Positions 8,105 through 16,837 of a stretch of 64,000 bases of DNA are shown here, piece after piece (position 1 is the first letter of the stretch; every line of letters begins with the position of its first letter). The stretch spans positions 214,179 through 278,178 of the forward strand of contig JANLFN010000002.1 of assembly GCA_024655885.1 (NCBI GenBank), given 5' to 3'. The notes under the pieces are model-generated. The model worked only from the letters and a program-made list of their open reading frames with translations, was not told the DNA's origin and did no database searches. Origin of the DNA: Eubacteriales bacterium. Its GTDB lineage: Bacteria; Bacillota; Clostridia; Acetivibrionales; JANLFN01. The position numbers and the translations under genes were made by a program.

Positions 8105-9481
8105 CTATGCCTCTATTTTGGGCAGGTTTGCCATACTGCTTTTAATGGCATCTTCCGAGTATTCCACATCCTCAAGCAAACCGCTGAAATAGCCGTCATA
8201 AGCAGAAAAATCAAAATATCCGTGGCCGCTCAGGTTGAAGAGGATAACCTTTTCCTCACCGGCCTCTTTCACTTTTAACGCCTCCTTAATTGCCGCACAT
8301 ATGGCATGGGAGGATTCAGGCGCCGGCACGATGCCTTCGGTTCTGGCAAACAGGACTGCCGATTCAAAAACCTCTTTTTGTCCATAGGCCTGGGCCTCTA
8401 TCAAACCGTCATGGTACAGCTGGCTTACAATGGCTGAATCTCCATGGTACCTGAGCCCCCCTGCATGAATACTGGCCGGCACAAAATCATGACCCAGCGT
8501 ATACATCTTGGCTATAGGAGCTACCCTGGCCGTATCGCCGTAGTCGTATGCAAACACGCCCTTTGTCAGCGTAGGACAAGCGGCAGGCTCTACAGCAACC
8601 GCCCTTACCTTGGTACCTTTGAACTTATCCATTAAAAAGGGGAAGGAAATTCCCGCAAAGTTGCTCCCTCCACCGCAGCAGGCGAAAATCACATCCGGAT
8701 ACTCGTCGATCATCTCCATCTGCTTTTTGGCCTCAAGGCCGATTACGGTCTGGTGCATGCACACGTGGTTGAGCACGCTCCCCAGAGAGTAGTTGGTATC
8801 CTCATGGGTAGCCGCATCTTCCACCGCTTCGCTGATGGCGATCCCAAGGCTGCCCGTACAGTCAGGGTCCTTTTCCAGAATAGACCTCCCGCTGTTGGTC
8901 AGGTTGCTGGGGCTGGCAATAACTTTGGCGCCAAAGGTTTGCATGAATGAACGCCTGTAGGGCTTCTGGCCATAGCTTACCTTAACCATATACACCGTAC
9001 AGTCCAGTCCGAAGTGGTTGCATGCAAGGCTCAAAGCGCTTCCCCACTGGCCTGCGCCGGTTTCGGTAGAAAGCCTTTTGATGCCTGCTGTTTTATTGTA
9101 ATAGGCCTGGGGTATGGAAGTATTTAACTTATGGCTGCCTGTAGCGTTAACACCTTCGTATTTATAGTAAATTCTCGCAGGAGTATCCAGTTTTTTCTCA
9201 AGTCCCCGGGCCCTGTAAAGCGGGCTGGGCCTCCACTGGCGGTACATTTCCCTCACTTCCCGGGGGATATCCACAAACCGTTCGGTGGTCATCTCTTGCT
9301 GTATCAGCTCCATAGGAAATATGGCCTGCATCTCTCCAGGTTCCAAAAGTTTTCCTGTCATTGGGCTGTAATAGGGGGCCGGTTTGTTAGGCATGTCGGC
9401 AATGATATTGTACCACTGCCTTGGGATCTCGTCTTCATCCAAAAGAACTTTTACGACGTCCTTTTTGCTCAGCTTGCTCAT
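8105..9481 (-). CDS. TrpB-like PLP-dependent enzyme (tryptophan synthase beta, TrpB2 class)
   Basis: ORF 8105..9490. It shows the long TrpB2-type N-terminal extension (IPRQWYNIIADMPNKPAPYYSP...), the PLP lysine motif NATGSHKLN, and GGGSNFAG. The start is either ATG 9490 or ATG 9481 (better RBS spacing). No trpA or other trp genes are adjacent. Confidence 0.85.
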   Translation of the reverse strand: MSKLSKKDVVKVLLDEDEIPRQWYNIIADMPNKPAPYYSPMTGKLLEPGEMQAIFPMELIQQEMTTERFVDIPREVREMYRQWRPSPLYRARGLEKKLDTPARIYYKYEGVNATGSHKLNTSIPQAYYNKTAGIKRLSTETGAGQWGSALSLACNHFGLDCTVYMVKVSYGQKPYRRSFMQTFGAKVIASPSNLTNSGRSILEKDPDCTGSLGIAISEAVEDAATHEDTNYSLGSVLNHVCMHQTVIGLEAKKQMEMIDEYPDVIFACCGGGSNFAGISFPFLMDKFKGTKVRAVAVEPAACPTLTKGVFAYDYGDTARVAPIAKMYTLGHDFVPASIHAGGLRYHGDSAIVSQLYHDGLIEAQAYGQKEVFESAVLFARTEGIVPAPESSHAICAAIKEALKVKEAGEEKVILFNLSGHGYFDFSAYDGYFSGLLEDVEYSEDAIKSSMANLPKIEA

Positions 9482-9655
9482 CTTTCTCATCTCTCCTCAT
9501 CTCTGATATTGAATTGCATTTGACCCGTTTGCAGTTTCTGTTCTTAAAAAGAATTGGTTCTTTCATTTTAACAGAAAAAATTTTTTCAAGCAACAAAAAA
9601 TCAAATAAATTAAAGGGCTTTTTTCTTCAATTCTTGCAGGCCCGGAGCTTATTTC

Positions 9656-11389
9656 TCAAAAGTGGCCTGCCGTCCTTGCCCTTTTACCGAGAAGAGCTTT
9701 CACTGCATCCGCCTCAAGGGTATTAACCACATCCTTCCCGGTGAGCCAGCCTTTTCTGGCAATATTCACCCCGTACTCCAGGTCGTCTATGCCTTCCACC
9801 CTGTGGGCATCAGGACAGATTGCGAACTTGCAGCCCGCTTCTTTCGCAGCCTTGCAGTAACGCCAGTCCAGGTCAAGCCTGTGAGGGTTTGCATTTATTT
9901 CGAGTATCACTCCCTCCTCCGCCGCAGTCTTGATAATCTCGCCCATATCAATTTTGAAGGGTTCCCTGGAAAGGAGAAGCCTTCCCGTAGGGTGTCCAAG
10001 GATTGTGACAAACCTGTTCTTCATGGCTTTTATAACCCTTTCGGTCATTTTATCCTCCTCCATTTGAAATGAAGAATGGACCGAAGCAATAGTGTAGTCA
10101 AACCAGGAAAGGATTTCGTCATTGTAGTCCACACCGCCGTCAGGCAGGATGTCCAGTTCAATTCCCTTGAGTATCAAAAAGCCGGGGTATTTCAAGTTTA
10201 GGGCATCAATCTCTTCATGCTGCTTCTTTATCCGGTCTTCCTTGAGTCCTCCCGCATAATAGGCGGACTGGCTGTGGTCGGAGATTCCAAGGTAGGAATA
10301 GCCTTTTTGCATGCAATACCGGACCAGGTCTTCAATGGAACTGGACCCGTCACTGTAAATCGAATGAACGTGAAAAATCCCCTTTATATCCTTGAGCTCC
10401 AGCAATGGAGGCAACGTCCCGTTTTTTGCGGCTTGAATTTCCCCGTTGTCCTCCCGGAGTTCAGGCGGAATGTATGACATTCCAAAGTATTTGAATATTT
10501 CTTCCTCAGAGGTGCACACGATGTTGTCATCCCCTTTGAAGAGCCCGTACTCGTTCATTTTAACGCCTTCCTGCTTTGCCATATGCCTCATGGCCGTATT
10601 GTGCTCCTTGCTGCCTGTGAAATGATGAAGCGCATAGGGGTATTCATTGTCATTCACCACCCTGAGGTCCGCGTTTATGCCGTCTTCCAGCACCACACTC
10701 GATTTAGTATCCCCCCTGGATGTGACCTGTGCCACCAAAGGGTGTTTTGTAAACAGCTCCATGACCTCATCCCTTTGATTGCTGCTGGCCAGTATGTCAA
10801 TATCCTTGACAACCTCTTTTTTCCTGCGCAGGCTTCCACCTACACTGCATCTTATGACAAGGCCGCTCTCCCGGAGGGATTTTACTATCTTGGATGCCAG
10901 TTTTGCGGCATGGGGGTAAAGGTATTGTCCCTCATATTTCCCCAGGCGATCAATTCCTTCAAGGATTTTGGACTGGGTCTTTTCACCGAAGCCGGGAAGC
11001 TTTGTGAGCCTGTTTTCAAGGCACGCATATTTCAGCTCTCCGATGGTTGTGATTCCCAGATGCTCATAAACCGCTCTCACCTTTTTCGGCCCCAGCCCCG
11101 GTATTTTCAGCATCTCCATAAGTCCGGCCGGTATGGATTCCTTAAGCTTTTCGTAGTATTCCAGCTTTCCCGTGTGGACCAGTTCGGCTATCTTTTGCGT
11201 TAAAGCCTCTCCAAAGCCTTTTAAGTCCTTAAGCCGGTCTTTCTTTACCAGAGTCCCTATATCCTCTTCCAGAAGTTCTATGGTTCTTGCCGCTTCATAA
11301 TAGGCTTTTGACTTAAAGAAGCTCTCCCCTTTTAATTCCAGCAGCATTCCTATATTGTTCAGCAAAGCGGCAATTTCATGTTGATCCAT
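9656..11389 (-). CDS. polX: DNA polymerase/3'-5' exonuclease PolX (Pol-beta-like domain plus PHP domain)
   Basis: ORF 9656..11416. It has HhH motifs (GLGPKK, GFGEKT), a nucleotidyltransferase motif GGSLRRKKEVVKDIDIL, and a C-terminal PHP domain (FHVHSIYSDG...). The start was moved to ATG 11389 (MDQHEIAALL), which has AGGAGG 6 nt upstream. Confidence 0.9.
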   Translation of the reverse strand: MDQHEIAALLNNIGMLLELKGESFFKSKAYYEAARTIELLEEDIGTLVKKDRLKDLKGFGEALTQKIAELVHTGKLEYYEKLKESIPAGLMEMLKIPGLGPKKVRAVYEHLGITTIGELKYACLENRLTKLPGFGEKTQSKILEGIDRLGKYEGQYLYPHAAKLASKIVKSLRESGLVIRCSVGGSLRRKKEVVKDIDILASSNQRDEVMELFTKHPLVAQVTSRGDTKSSVVLEDGINADLRVVNDNEYPYALHHFTGSKEHNTAMRHMAKQEGVKMNEYGLFKGDDNIVCTSEEEIFKYFGMSYIPPELREDNGEIQAAKNGTLPPLLELKDIKGIFHVHSIYSDGSSSIEDLVRYCMQKGYSYLGISDHSQSAYYAGGLKEDRIKKQHEEIDALNLKYPGFLILKGIELDILPDGGVDYNDEILSWFDYTIASVHSSFQMEEDKMTERVIKAMKNRFVTILGHPTGRLLLSREPFKIDMGEIIKTAAEEGVILEINANPHRLDLDWRYCKAAKEAGCKFAICPDAHRVEGIDDLEYGVNIARKGWLTGKDVVNTLEADAVKALLGKRARTAGHF

Positions 11390-11728
11390 AATACCCCTCC
11401 TACTGCTTTTTGACATAACAAATTTCTGACCCGTCCAAAATGTTGAAAAGCAATACCATGGTTGTTGTGCCCCGCTTCTAAAACCGGATTCTGCTACGGG
11501 GGGCCAGCAATAATATATTACCCAATATCGCTCTGATTAAATAAAAGAACACTTCTTGCCCAGGTACATTTGCATACTGTAAGTTTTAGCTTATTATATC
11601 ATAAATTCTGGTAAAAGACATCAGCTCATTGTCGCTGCCGGTGATAGTTATTGCCATGCTTGTGCGGCAGTGTGTGCCGGAAACGAAAAAGGATTGGGTG
11701 AATACGGAAGAACTATTCCCGCGTGTTC

Positions 11729-12250
11729 CTATGCAAGAAGAATAACCGCGGTACATCCTATATAGATGAAAGGGGTAAAAGGAATGGAATCCCTCATGCT
11801 GCGGCACCGGGCAACTGCCAGGATTAAACCGGCAATTCCGCTTAATACCGTAGAGGCAAGCAAAGCCGATAATGTTTGGTCCGGTCCGAGAAAAATTCCC
11901 ACACAGGCGAACAGCTTCACATCGCCGGCTCCTATGCCGCCGCGGGTCAACCGGGACAGCAATGCCGGCAGGCCCGCCCCAAAGACCGATCCGAGGACCG
12001 CACCGGGAATGCCTGCCGACGGATTTGCCGCAGCCGCGGCCGTACCTGTCAGCAGGCCCAGAATAATAATCCTGTCGGGAATAGTATGATTTACCATGTC
12101 TGTGAGGCATGCCGCCAGCAAAATCGTGCAGAGCAAGCCGTAAGCCGCAAAACGGACGGTTGGCCCATACTTCCCGAATATGAAAATGTGTGTGGTGACC
12201 AGCAGCAGCCCCAGGGCAAAGTATTTTAGGTGTTCAGTCTCCGGCTTCAT
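11729..12250 (-). CDS. A24-family prepilin peptidase (CpaA/TadV type, no methylase domain)
   Basis: 173 aa and polytopic. Two Asp motifs are present: CLTDMVNHTIPD and GIGAGDVKLF. Its ATG overlaps the stop of the upstream gene (ATGA). Confidence 0.8.
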   Translation of the reverse strand: MKPETEHLKYFALGLLLVTTHIFIFGKYGPTVRFAAYGLLCTILLAACLTDMVNHTIPDRIIILGLLTGTAAAAANPSAGIPGAVLGSVFGAGLPALLSRLTRGGIGAGDVKLFACVGIFLGPDQTLSALLASTVLSGIAGLILAVARCRSMRDSIPFTPFIYIGCTAVILLA

Positions 12251-13524
12251 TTGCCCTCTTCCCCCTCCCCTGTGTTTTCCACCTTCTTGCGTTGGTATTT
12301 TATGACTTCAAGGGTGATGCCCTTTCCCGCCGCATCCCTCACGCATTTGTCAATGGCGGCGCTTATTCCGGGGGCCGTCTCGTTTTCAGGAATGATCAGC
12401 TTCAGGGTCTTACGGGCTATCTGGCCCTGGGCGATCTCGGTATCCCCCTGCTTTGCGCCCTTGAACCGGGACAATTCGGCGATATAGCCGCCGATTTTTT
12501 CCTCCACATTCATTGGCGACTGGTAGTACGGGGCAGTGAGGTCCATGCTTTTGATCATGGTGGCGGTCCCCCCTTCAAAGCATGCAATCACCGGAAAGGT
12601 TTTGGGCAGGTTGGCCCCAAACCTTTCCCTTATTTTGGCGCCTCTTTCGAAATTGCTTAATGCCCAGATATTATCGCCGTCACCCTCCGCGTCCTCCTCA
12701 TCTCCATTCGTCCATGCCCTGACGACACATCTTTGGACCATCTGAAGCCGGGGAAAAATTTTAAACGGCACCGGTATATTGACCTTATATTTTACAATGA
12801 GGTCAATGTCCTTATCCTCACCCTCAAAAAATTCCGATTCACTCAGGTCCAATCCGTCAAATCCGTCAACTACATTCAGCTTCTCAAGCCTGGTCTGGGC
12901 ATCCTTCAAGACGCCGGCCGTCAGGTACTTTTTCATGTCAAGCCTGGCAATGGGTATGTACAATTCGGTGCGCAGGTCGTCAAAAGCCCCCTCTGCTATT
13001 AAATATCCGATGCTTTTCAACTCCTGGAGGGGATTTTGTGAAATCTCCCCTGCTGCGTTTATCAGTTTTTTGAAACTTTCCGCAGCGCTTTCCGCCGCTT
13101 TACCGGCATTGCCTGTGCCGCGGGAACTGCCGGCTTCGCCCCCGTCTTCACCGTCACCGGAATCGTTTTTCTTCAATTCCCCCAGCGAATCCAGAACCGC
13201 TGCTATGTGTTCCTTGGCCGGCACTGCTTTGTTTTTTACTTCCTCCTGCAGCTCTTCATAAGTTTTGAACACCCCGCTCATATAGTAAATATAGCTGGAA
13301 GCCGCCATTTCATCTGCCGTTTCGCTCAAAGCATGCTGGATGACCTCATGGATATATGCCAGCTTGATTAAAAACAGCATGGTCAGCACCGCACTGATAA
13401 ATACAGGCAGTACGAGAGACGCCTCCACAGTCATTGAACCCTTGTGCCTGTCTGTGAAAACCAAACGCAACTCCCCCCTGTTAAAAGATAAGAAAGATAC
13501 GGCCTCCCAATCAATACCCTTCAT
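12247..13524 (-). CDS. TadE-like pseudopilin-type protein with a large C-terminal extension (425 aa)
   Basis: The N-terminus ...HKG/SMTVEASLVLPVFISAVLTMLFLI fits the G/xxxxE class-III prepilin motif plus a hydrophobic helix. Next comes an acidic Gly-rich linker and about 250 further residues. It overlaps the upstream gene by 14 nt. Confidence 0.65.
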   Translation of the reverse strand: MKGIDWEAVSFLSFNRGELRLVFTDRHKGSMTVEASLVLPVFISAVLTMLFLIKLAYIHEVIQHALSETADEMAASSYIYYMSGVFKTYEELQEEVKNKAVPAKEHIAAVLDSLGELKKNDSGDGEDGGEAGSSRGTGNAGKAAESAAESFKKLINAAGEISQNPLQELKSIGYLIAEGAFDDLRTELYIPIARLDMKKYLTAGVLKDAQTRLEKLNVVDGFDGLDLSESEFFEGEDKDIDLIVKYKVNIPVPFKIFPRLQMVQRCVVRAWTNGDEEDAEGDGDNIWALSNFERGAKIRERFGANLPKTFPVIACFEGGTATMIKSMDLTAPYYQSPMNVEEKIGGYIAELSRFKGAKQGDTEIAQGQIARKTLKLIIPENETAPGISAAIDKCVRDAAGKGITLEVIKYQRKKVENTGEGEEGK

Positions 13525-15910
13525 AAATCACCACATGAAATAGATGCCTTCCGTCACGGGTCTTCAAGTTCCGGGGCATAAAAGGGGAGGTAATGAAAAG
13601 ATAGTTCATGGATACTTCCGCTTCCACTCTTATATAGGTATTGCTCAGTCCCATTTTAAAGTCCTTGTTGTCCTTTTGTACGTTCAATTCGATCACATCC
13701 TCTATCCTGTTGAGTTTGTCCTCCGAGCTTTCAAGCAGCAGCAGAAGCCTCAGGTAGTCGGTATACGAAAACTTCAGGTTGCCGTCCGTTTTAGGCTCCG
13801 GAGTCTTGCCCAGGCCGATATCCAGTTTCCAATCCCCCCTGGACTTGTAAAAGGGTATTGATTCGCCTTTCATTAAACGTTCCATGTCCAGAAGGGCTTC
13901 TCCCATGCCCCAGCTGCACATAATCAGGTTTGACACCAGGGGGATGCCCAGTCCTCCGGTCCACCATCCGGATACAGCCGCAGCAGTGGTTTCGGCCAGG
14001 GCCTTTTTCTCAGGGTCGGTATACACATGAAGGGTATTCAGCCCGAACCGGATGAGCAGGATTTGCGCTTTCGTCATCCATTGATTGGTATTCTGGGAAG
14101 GACTGCCGTGGAGAATATATTCAACCTCACAGTCAAAAAAGCTTTGCCTTCCCTCTTTTCTCTCCCCTCCCGGACGGGTGTCCTTTTGGGTGCCGGTGCT
14201 TTTCTCCGGCACTGGAACGGCACTTTTAAAGGTGCCGACAATGTACTCGTCGATATAGATTTCATCCCTCAAATCCTCCAAATTCCTGGAAAGAATACCT
14301 CCCATGGAGCTAATAAAACCAAAAGCCTTCTCTGAAAACCCCTCTTCCTTCTGGTGGAATTCTATTTCATCTCCTAAACTTTTAAAGTCCCCCCAGTAAG
14401 AAGTTGCGGGGCCGCCGGATTCCTTCCCGTCCCCTGCCTGTATGCTTTCTTTTTCCGAACCGCCGCTGTTTATCCCGGAAACATCGCTTATGTACTTTTT
14501 AGCGGAGGGGAGTTCCGCCGGATTGATTCCCTCCTCGCGGAAATTCACATCCTTGCCTCCGGCGTATCCCATGCTCTCCCTTGCCTTCTTTTCTATCCCA
14601 TCCCTGGGGTCCTGTCCCCCGGAGGCCTTTTCATTCTTTTTATAGTCGTATCGGACCGTCTTATAATCCTTCAGCCCCCTATTCAATGCGCTTACAATAT
14701 AGCCAAAGGACAGGTCGCCTCTCACAGATCCGTTTTCCCAGGTCATTCCTCCTACCCTGCGTTGGATTTCATCAATGCTTGCAACCGCTTCCCTAAGCCT
14801 TTTACAGTTCGAAGACAGGTCCTCCACTGCCTTCAGCGCCTCCTCCTCACCCGGCACCAAATCCATTATGCCTTTGACATCTTCATTGACAGCGGCTTTG
14901 AAGTCCCGGGTCATTTCCTGGGCATCGCCGTCTGCAAAGGTATTCTCCATGTAGTTTTTAAGCTCCCAACCCGCCGCGTTTATATCCTTTCCCAGGCGGA
15001 TTATCTCACCGAGGCCCCTGGCCGCCTCTTCGTTGGGATGAATAAAGGCTTCGGTCTGCCGGGTGCGGAGGGCATCCCCCACACCGGCCAGTTCTTTTAG
15101 AATTTCAGCCTTTTTTTCCAAAAGCCCATCCTTATTTGAAGATTCGGGGCTGTTTGCCTGATATAATAATTCCTTATACTCCACGACCAGTGCCGCATAC
15201 TGGTTTACCAGGGTTTCCCTGATTCCTCCCTCGTTGAAACGGTTTACGCAAGGGGAATTGTCCTTGCGCCCGCCGGCCTCGCCGTCAATGCTCTTTTTGA
15301 TGTCCTCCTGGAGCTGGGCCGCTTTCCCTGCCAGCCTGTCCACCTTTGTCTTCTTTTTGTAGGCCTCCGACATTTTGGTGGCGGCCCCGACGGATTTGAG
15401 CTTTTCCCACACCCCCTCCACAATCTCCTTGGGAGCCCTGTACTTCATATACTGGAGGATTTGATTCTTGACCACCTCATTTTCGGTGGAATTAAAAAAT
15501 GGGGTAACCGAAATTCTCTCAATCCTGTAATCGTACAAGTTTACCTGCCTTGCGTCCTCCGGGTCCGTATACCCTAGAACTGCGCTTTTGACGGCGTCGT
15601 ACACCCCGTCTTTCCCCTCCTCAGAGGAGGCCTCCTTGACCATCAGGTTTTTGCCCACGTAATGGGAAATCTCTTCCGAAAGGGCCGTTTCCCTATTTTC
15701 GCTGAGCACAAACAGGCCGTACTCATTCTTGAGCCTGCTGCTGTAATTGGCCAAAACGGATTTTGCGCCGCTGACCACCGCTCTTTTTACCTGGTTTTTT
15801 CCGGCCACCACCCTTGCGCCGTCCACCAGAACCCCGGCCATCATGATGACTGTCATCAAAACGATACTTAAAAAAACCGTTATCTGCCCTTTTTGATTTT
15901 TCAGCCCCAT
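13511..15910 (-). CDS. TadG-like membrane-anchored giant protein (799 aa)
   Basis: ORF 13511..15931. The start was moved to ATG 15910 (MGLKNQKGQITVFLSIVLMTVIMMAGVLVDGARVV, a TadG/'Tad' N-terminal pattern), which has GGGAGGTGG 5 nt upstream. The remainder is charged/helical with a hydrophobic C-terminal block (GWWTGGLGIPLVSNLIMCSWGMGEALLDM). Confidence 0.65.
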   Translation of the reverse strand: MGLKNQKGQITVFLSIVLMTVIMMAGVLVDGARVVAGKNQVKRAVVSGAKSVLANYSSRLKNEYGLFVLSENRETALSEEISHYVGKNLMVKEASSEEGKDGVYDAVKSAVLGYTDPEDARQVNLYDYRIERISVTPFFNSTENEVVKNQILQYMKYRAPKEIVEGVWEKLKSVGAATKMSEAYKKKTKVDRLAGKAAQLQEDIKKSIDGEAGGRKDNSPCVNRFNEGGIRETLVNQYAALVVEYKELLYQANSPESSNKDGLLEKKAEILKELAGVGDALRTRQTEAFIHPNEEAARGLGEIIRLGKDINAAGWELKNYMENTFADGDAQEMTRDFKAAVNEDVKGIMDLVPGEEEALKAVEDLSSNCKRLREAVASIDEIQRRVGGMTWENGSVRGDLSFGYIVSALNRGLKDYKTVRYDYKKNEKASGGQDPRDGIEKKARESMGYAGGKDVNFREEGINPAELPSAKKYISDVSGINSGGSEKESIQAGDGKESGGPATSYWGDFKSLGDEIEFHQKEEGFSEKAFGFISSMGGILSRNLEDLRDEIYIDEYIVGTFKSAVPVPEKSTGTQKDTRPGGERKEGRQSFFDCEVEYILHGSPSQNTNQWMTKAQILLIRFGLNTLHVYTDPEKKALAETTAAAVSGWWTGGLGIPLVSNLIMCSWGMGEALLDMERLMKGESIPFYKSRGDWKLDIGLGKTPEPKTDGNLKFSYTDYLRLLLLLESSEDKLNRIEDVIELNVQKDNKDFKMGLSNTYIRVEAEVSMNYLFITSPFMPRNLKTRDGRHLFHVVIYEGY

Positions 15911-15923
15911 CCGGTCCACCTCC

Positions 15924-16751
15924 CTATCCATTCATCATTTCCAATATCTTCTCCTTAACCGCCCTTAAAGTGTCCCTCATTTTTCCCGCCGCCTCCCCCA
16001 GCACGGGATACTTCCCTTCCATCTCCCCTTCTACTTCCGTCAGGAAATCCACATCCCGGATCAGCTCCACCGGATCGTTGAAAACGGCGGAAGACTCCGC
16101 TTTCACCCGATAGCTTTCTCCTATTCCGAAGCCCTTCAGCAGACTCCCCACAGGGATCCTGTAAGTCTCCTCAATGGAAACCGTAAGTTTTTTATAGATT
16201 ACGTAATCTTTTATATCCACCTGGATTTCTGTGTGTCCCTCGCCGCCGGCATTTTGAAATAACCCCGGTCCACCGGCACTGTAGGCCTTTTTCCCCGTCC
16301 CACCGTTAAGTGTGTCCTCTGCATAGTTTTTAATTTTTTCCAGCTTGTAGCCCTTTTGAGTATCAAAGAACCGCCAATACAGGCCTTGCCCATTTATATC
16401 GCCTTTGCCGATGCCGCCGGTTTCCATTTCTTTCCTGGGATTATCCCAGAAGGCCTTACCCGCCTCAACCGCCCTGTCTGCAATGGACCGCAGGCAGACC
16501 TGCTGGTAGAGCAGGACGGCAAAATATAAAACCGCGAACACGCACATAAGAATTACAGGCATGATTAACGAAGCTTCGACCACAATACTCCCCTTTTGGC
16601 TGTCCCGGACAAAGCCCTTTAAATATTTTGCCGGGAGGGGTCTTGTGGAAGCGGTTTCGGCCGAAATCGACAAATCCTTACAGGGTTTTAATTTCCTGCG
16701 CATTATCAATGTCTGTCTTTGACCACAGGTTACTTTATGTGTCATTCTCAT
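15924..16751 (-). CDS. TadE-like pseudopilin-type protein (up to 275 aa; start uncertain)
   Basis: ...SQKG/SIVVEASLIMPVILMCVFAVLYF fits G/xxxxE plus a helix. It is the first gene of the four-gene block. No convincing RBS exists at any of the candidate ATGs (16751, 16745, 16703). Confidence 0.6.
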   Translation of the reverse strand: MRMTHKVTCGQRQTLIMRRKLKPCKDLSISAETASTRPLPAKYLKGFVRDSQKGSIVVEASLIMPVILMCVFAVLYFAVLLYQQVCLRSIADRAVEAGKAFWDNPRKEMETGGIGKGDINGQGLYWRFFDTQKGYKLEKIKNYAEDTLNGGTGKKAYSAGGPGLFQNAGGEGHTEIQVDIKDYVIYKKLTVSIEETYRIPVGSLLKGFGIGESYRVKAESSAVFNDPVELIRDVDFLTEVEGEMEGKYPVLGEAAGKMRDTLRAVKEKILEMMNG

Positions 16752-16837
16752 ATACCATATATTTCATTTTTATTATTTATTTTACATTATTTGATATAAA
16801 TAGGGAATAGTTTTGTGAAATTTTTTTAAGAAAGACG

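Noticed and set aside
11586-12229. Several 107-174-aa ORFs overlapping the prepilin peptidase gene on both strands
   Set aside because: These are alternative frames of a GC-rich membrane-protein gene. Only the 11729..12250 frame gives A24 peptidase motifs and translational coupling.
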